DNA of 64,000 bases from assembly GCA_964187785.1 (NCBI GenBank), contig OZ076409.1:27716001-27780000 (forward strand). Reading direction: 5' to 3'. The notes under the pieces were generated by a model that saw only the letters and a program-made list of their open reading frames with translations, was not told the origin of the DNA and made no database searches. Source of the stretch: Amphiscolops sp. MND2022. Taxonomy: Eukaryota. Positions within the stretch are counted from its first letter, which is position 1, and each line of letters opens with the position of its first letter. Of this stretch, positions 58,801 through 64,000 are shown piece after piece. The position numbers and the translations under genes are program-made.

Positions 58801-61800
58801 TTAATGGCTCGAAGGTTTTTTCATTTTGTGGAACACACCAGGATCTTCATCATCCTTTTTACTTCTTTCCTTCGGCTTCTTGGATGTGCTAGCGCCACCA
58901 CCCCCTTTGGCAGAAGTATTCTTGTTCGGCTTGGGAACAACTGGAGCAGGCTGCTTAGGTTTCTCTGACTTCTTACTCTTACTAGCAGAACACGAAACAC
59001 CACTCGACTCGCTAACGACTGAACCCTGTCTGGAACGCGACTCACGATTTATCTTGTAGAGACCGACATAACGAAACTCGAAAGACTTCCGATGCTCCAA
59101 CAGAAACTCACGATAATATGATCTGTACTGGGTAAGGAACTCTTCTAACCCCTCACTAGATAACCCACTCCACAAATCAAAATCTGGCGACACATAAAAA
59201 ACTCCTGCAGTGTCGACCGCTTCCCGAACAGCATCCAGCGTACTGTCCACAAAGAACGACTTGTGCGAATAACCCCAACTAAGGATATATGACTGCACCA
59301 ATAATAAACAGTCTCGGAATACCCCCGCATCAAAAGCACAGCCACTCAAATCCATAGTAACAGGAGGAGGAACACTCTCTGGCATACCGACAATTAAGCA
59401 ACACAGCTTAAAAACGCGAAACAAATGAACTCGAGCTTGAAAACTGAAGTCACGAACCAAATAGTGGACAACGTCCGGAATAGCACTAGCAGAACAGCTA
59501 CCACTCGCGTGATGTCTTCGCTTCTCGATAATATAGCTGTGATATTCCTCAACAGCAGCATCCATCTCATCATCATCCAATGCGCAACCAGACTACAGTA
59601 ACTCGCACAAGGAGAAAAACAAACCAAAAACATGACTGTCGTCGCCCTCCAACATGATCTCAGGACAGAAACTGTAAAGGCCCTGACACAACTGCGACGT
59701 CACGGTCACGTTCCGCAACAACACAACTACGAGATGGTCCAAGAAAATGCGACACTTCACGCGGAATTCCCGAATCTCACTCGTCTTTCCTGCGGCAAGC
59801 TCCTTCCCAAACGGGTAACTGATCAAGAACTCCTCAATCGGCAGTGACCGAAAAGCATCCAACTTTGAGCTATCCATGTAGGCTTCCCATTCATGGATAC
59901 CTGGCAAATCCGCACCCACACGAGTTTTCAACAACACGCAGTAAATGAAATTGCAATATTCACCGTAACTGTGGAACACGTAATCTGGCCGGGCTTGTTG
60001 CAACTTTTCGAAGTTTACGTTAACTGAAACAACAAATATGTAACCAGATAGTACAAGATACAACACGTAGATGAAGTGACAATCGAAATACAGTCAACAA
60101 TCCAATATACAAGCAAAGCCAGTCTACAAACAGCCAACAGAAAAGCCAGACTATACTCACACAAATTTAACACCAAGCGGAGCAACCCGAAGCGAAGCAC
60201 CATCAGGTTATCCGAAATCAACTCGAAGTCGGTGCCTCGCAGCTAAAACAGATAACAATACTATACAGGGCCCATCCTAAACAAACAATGCAACACCCTC
60301 CCCACATCAAAAACTCTAGAATACTAACCCTGTCAGCGACTTCTTTGAGATGGGGATGTCCGGTATAGCGAATATAGGGCCTAAAGGTTGGCCACAATTC
60401 AATCAGATCAGTCAGCACAGTTCGGAGATCCACAAAATTGACGACACCAGCAAGAATACATTTCCTTAGGCAAGGCTTATCCTCCAACCATTCTTCATGA
60501 ACCACGCTCTTTAGACGCAGCACCACATACTCAACAGCAGTCACGACCTCCAACATGCCGAACACGTCCTGGTGAGCCTGCCGGAAACTCTGCAACAACA
60601 CCTCCTCAGTGAAGCGCTGCACAACCATGAACCGGCGCCCGTCCTCGCGGTGATCACTCAGGACCCGAAGCAAAGTTGGACTCCCGCCCACAATTCACAG
60701 AGGCAATTGCTTTGTACCCAGACTACACATAATTCGAGCCACCGGTACAAGCTCCGCGTCAGGCATCGGGAGTTCTAAGGACTGACAGGCCACACAAACT
60801 TTCTTCAAGAAGTCTCCCTCCCAACACAACACATAGCAGCGTTCCTCAGCTCCAGTTTTCTCAAATTGCACTACGTACTCTTTGAAGTTGACAATGTTTT
60901 TCAACACTTGACGCAGAACTCTCGGAGCAAGACCCTGACACAAGAAAGACTGAAACAACACAGAAGGATAAAACGAGCCTTCCGCGAAACTCCAAAACCA
61001 AAACAGGACAAAAAGGGGGGCACACATCAATCACTAATTCAACTAACCACGGTCTCTGAACGACTCCAACGTACCGAGTAGTTCAACTGCTCTGCATCCA
61101 CTGATGAACAAAAGTAGCCCCACAAGCGCCGCAACACAGTATAATCGCCACCACTCCGCAGGAGCTCACAGAAGCTGGATACAAGCGTCATGAAAGGCAC
61201 CCGCGAAGAGACCGTCGAATGTTTAGGGACAAGATCCTCAGGGAACGGATATCCCTCCGCTAGGTCCACGAAAGTCCGAGATTTGTAGTCGGCAATCTGA
61301 TTGTCTGACAAAACCATGGGCTCCATCAGCCGATTCAATACAGGGAGCCCCATGTGCACGCGATAAGTAACGTCCTTGTACCACTGACCGTCACTCCTAA
61401 AGTGTCGAGCGAACTCACCCACTCCTTGGGCCTTCATGCCGACATCGCGTTGGCACACACGACAGAAAAAGAACTTCCCAGAGCCGCATTTTGGTCCAGA
61501 CACGAAATCTTTGTAAAAAGGGTTCAGCTCCAACATATCGCGACGTAAATCATTCCGACTGCTATACTTCTTCACTTTCTTTGTAGACCCAAGACGCTCC
61601 TCCACTCGGGCAACAAGATCATTGAACCCTGTAGCAACAACACCCACAATAATACGTGCACGCAGAAATATAACCTGACTAATGTAAACTGCTACTAACA
61701 TACTACACAAAATACGACATTTATAGAATACACTTACCACTCTGGATAGTCTGTGTGGCCCGTCCGCCAACCTCTTCCACGAGCTGTTGACCCAACAAAG

Positions 61801-62735
61801 CCACGTCACGAGGACTCAGAGCAACCGCATCGCCAACGTAGGGCTCATCGTCATCAGGACCTACAATACAACCCGTTGCTTACTGACTAAACACGGCCAA
61901 AAACTCGCCCCCCCCCCGGTTTAACAAAACCACTAACTAATCCAAACAGACGTAGCAGCTCTCAATGGGGGAGGAGATGGGAAAAGTTTCACAGACTTTT
62001 TAGCACGCTTGGTTGGTGTCACATCCTTGAAAGCGGACTTGTTCGTAATACCCGCATTAGCAACGCCTAAAAAACAAAAGACAACTTCAATACCACGAAT
62101 CCCCTGCGAAAATGCCATAGACCAACGAAAATGAAAACTACAACAAACCGTCTTTCTCTTGGGAGGGGGCATCAGCCTCACCTGCGTGAGGCTCTCCAGA
62201 CTCAGCCGCAGCAGCAGGGAAACCAAGCGCGGCCAACTCATCAGCCACACTTTGAGATACCATGGCAGAAGTGGTAGGAATCTGAGAAGAAGAAGGAGCT
62301 GGATTAGAACCCTCCAGCAAGACTGCGGCTAACATCTCATTAATAGTGGCCAGAGCAGGACTCAATGGAACAGTGGAAAGCACCGAGGAAACCGGTGGCA
62401 GCACGTTGGAAGACCCAGGTGTAACCTCCTTGCTCACAGTAGTAGGGTCTAACATCACGACCCCGGGAGTAGCAGAGGAAGAAGCAGGTTGAGCCACTGA
62501 AAATCAAGATCTGATTTGACGCGTCAGAGTTACAGGTAAGACTACAAAAGGCTGATCACCAAAAGAGTGGTCCTATTACCTACGAAAGTCAGAAAGATTT
62601 TTACCAACCTGAAACGGAAAACATATTTTCTCCCTCCGAAGCTATGACGTCTTTATCAGAGTAGCAATAATTCGTCTCATAGCCACTTTGAAAGCCGGCA
62701 GCCTGAGCATCAAGGGAATTGACTTCTTTCTCCAT
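58801..62735 (-). pseudogene. Homolog of the spliced antisense gene. Resolved exons 61628-61048, 60949-60329, 60242-60161, 60023-58801; upstream exons unresolved
   Basis: FCRVCQRDVGMKAQGVGEFARHFRS zinc finger; VDLAEGYPF; GDYTVLRRLW; FKLCCL; VQSY. In-frame stops at 60695-60697 and 59593-59595. Confidence 0.85.
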
Positions 62736-63200
62736 GACGGAAGAACTGAGGAGCAATTTCCAACGCAATCTAGAAAAAAATGGAAAATTAAAGAAATAGG
62801 AAATCAAAGGAAAACACCATCTCCTACATTTAACCTAAACCTAACGGAGAGTTGGCAGAGCTATGCCTCTCCCAAATGAACAAATCAAAAGATAACTCCA
62901 ATTGTCTAAACGCCCTAAAAGAGAACAAATCACTTCCTAGTCCATGACGTCACACGGATCATCATCGGAAAGAAGCTGGTGACGCCATGATGAAGTTCAA
63001 TTTTAGAAACTTTTACGGATCAGCCAATCACAGCGCAGATGGAAACGAAACGTTTTCCGAAAGCAAAACGAACTGGAATGAAAGAAAAATAACAGCCAAT
63101 GAGAATGCAGGAAAATCACGAACGGAAGAAAGTTAACCTCTTCACTTGCCGCATTCTAAACGTAAAGATAAGTCAGCTTGTAATAATCAGAAACTTTAAA

Positions 63201-63935
63201 ATGAATAACTACGACTTAGTTATCGATATCTCCTCCGACGAAGAAGAACGGGATAGCAACGTGAGACAGAGCACCCCGATCAAAATACTCCCGCTTAATG
63301 TGATAACAACACTGGATCTTTCCGGGTCTTCCTTGGAGGCTACTAAAGGCAGCACAGAAGAAATGATGTCATCTATTAATGACCTTAATTTGTCGAACAC
63401 TTCGGCATCTACTTTTGAAACAATCGGCACGCCGAGAAAAATAACTTTTGGGACAACAAGCCCAGGAGAAGTGTTCACAGTAGAAGAGCAAGACGCAGAA
63501 ACTTCCAGGGAAAGTTATTTCGAAGAGCCGGAAACTCCCCGCCAGCTGCCCCCACTACAACCAGCCCCAGTCTTACGAGACATAACGAACGAAGACTCTA
63601 CAGCGAGCGAGCCTCCTACGAAGCTTGACCGCCTAGATGATCTGTCAGCGCTTCCCGTGGAAGAAATAGAGAACGCATATGGAATCAACCTACAAAGCAG
63701 CCGAGAGTGCAGTCCGTTGTGCGGACGGGGAACACGCTATACTTCTACAAAACTGGCAAGAGCACGGAAGCAACCAGTACTGATCACCAGGGAGATTCCA
63801 CACTGCCCCAGACCGTGGTCAACAGGCTATAGGGGCGCCCTGTCACGACCCGCTCCCGGTCGGGATTTCACTTGCTGTGGAGGAATTCCGCAATTCTCAC
63901 GAGGAAAGGGCCATGGCAGAGCCATACAACACTAA
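63201..63935 (+). CDS. ORF3 counterpart of element 2 (~244 aa from ATG 63201), acidic/low complexity
   Basis: Open frame, DLVIDISSDEEE motif near the N-terminus, same position and orientation as 18280-19062. Confidence 0.65.
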   Translation: MNNYDLVIDISSDEEERDSNVRQSTPIKILPLNVITTLDLSGSSLEATKGSTEEMMSSINDLNLSNTSASTFETIGTPRKITFGTTSPGEVFTVEEQDAETSRESYFEEPETPRQLPPLQPAPVLRDITNEDSTASEPPTKLDRLDDLSALPVEEIENAYGINLQSSRECSPLCGRGTRYTSTKLARARKQPVLITREIPHCPRPWSTGYRGALSRPAPGRDFTCCGGIPQFSRGKGHGRAIQH

Positions 63936-64000
63936 GTAAACTATATTCTATTTAATGTCTTACCTTTTATCAGCAGCACGAATTAAGTTTAGCGGAAGCG

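Larger units (their letters stand above)
58082..64000 (+). mobile_element. 5'-truncated, decayed Gypsy element of the same architecture as 16521-32752; runs off the window
   Basis: Pol tail, antisense spliced gene, ORF3 and a probable LTR start (TGTCACGACCC at 63841), in the same order. Confidence 0.85.

Overview
AT-rich, repeat-dense eukaryotic (probably invertebrate animal) DNA. One host gene is evident: a 5-exon MFS transporter (SLC18B1-like, +, 5177-15969) whose introns are filled with foldback and non-autonomous repeats. The main feature is a young, intact 16.2-kb Ty3/Gypsy LTR retrotransposon (16521-32752, 1848-bp LTRs, GCTTC target-site duplication). Its gag starts inside the 5' LTR and joins pol by a -1 frameshift. 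It also carries two accessory genes: (i) a six-exon gene antisense to gag-pol, encoding a ~1259-aa protein resembling a catalytically dead hAT transposase, and (ii) a divergently transcribed acidic ORF with a SIM-like motif that runs into the 3' LTR. A second, very divergent and decayed element (58082 to window end) has the same gene order and three of the same intron positions, so this looks like a conserved retroelement architecture rather than a chance nested insertion. Also present: a three-LTR tandem of two different BEL/Pao-derived non-autonomous units under one GATCC TSD (45532-56923), nested in an older related LTR, plus decayed LINEs and tandem repeats. All family assignments come from motif reading by eye; no database searches were run.
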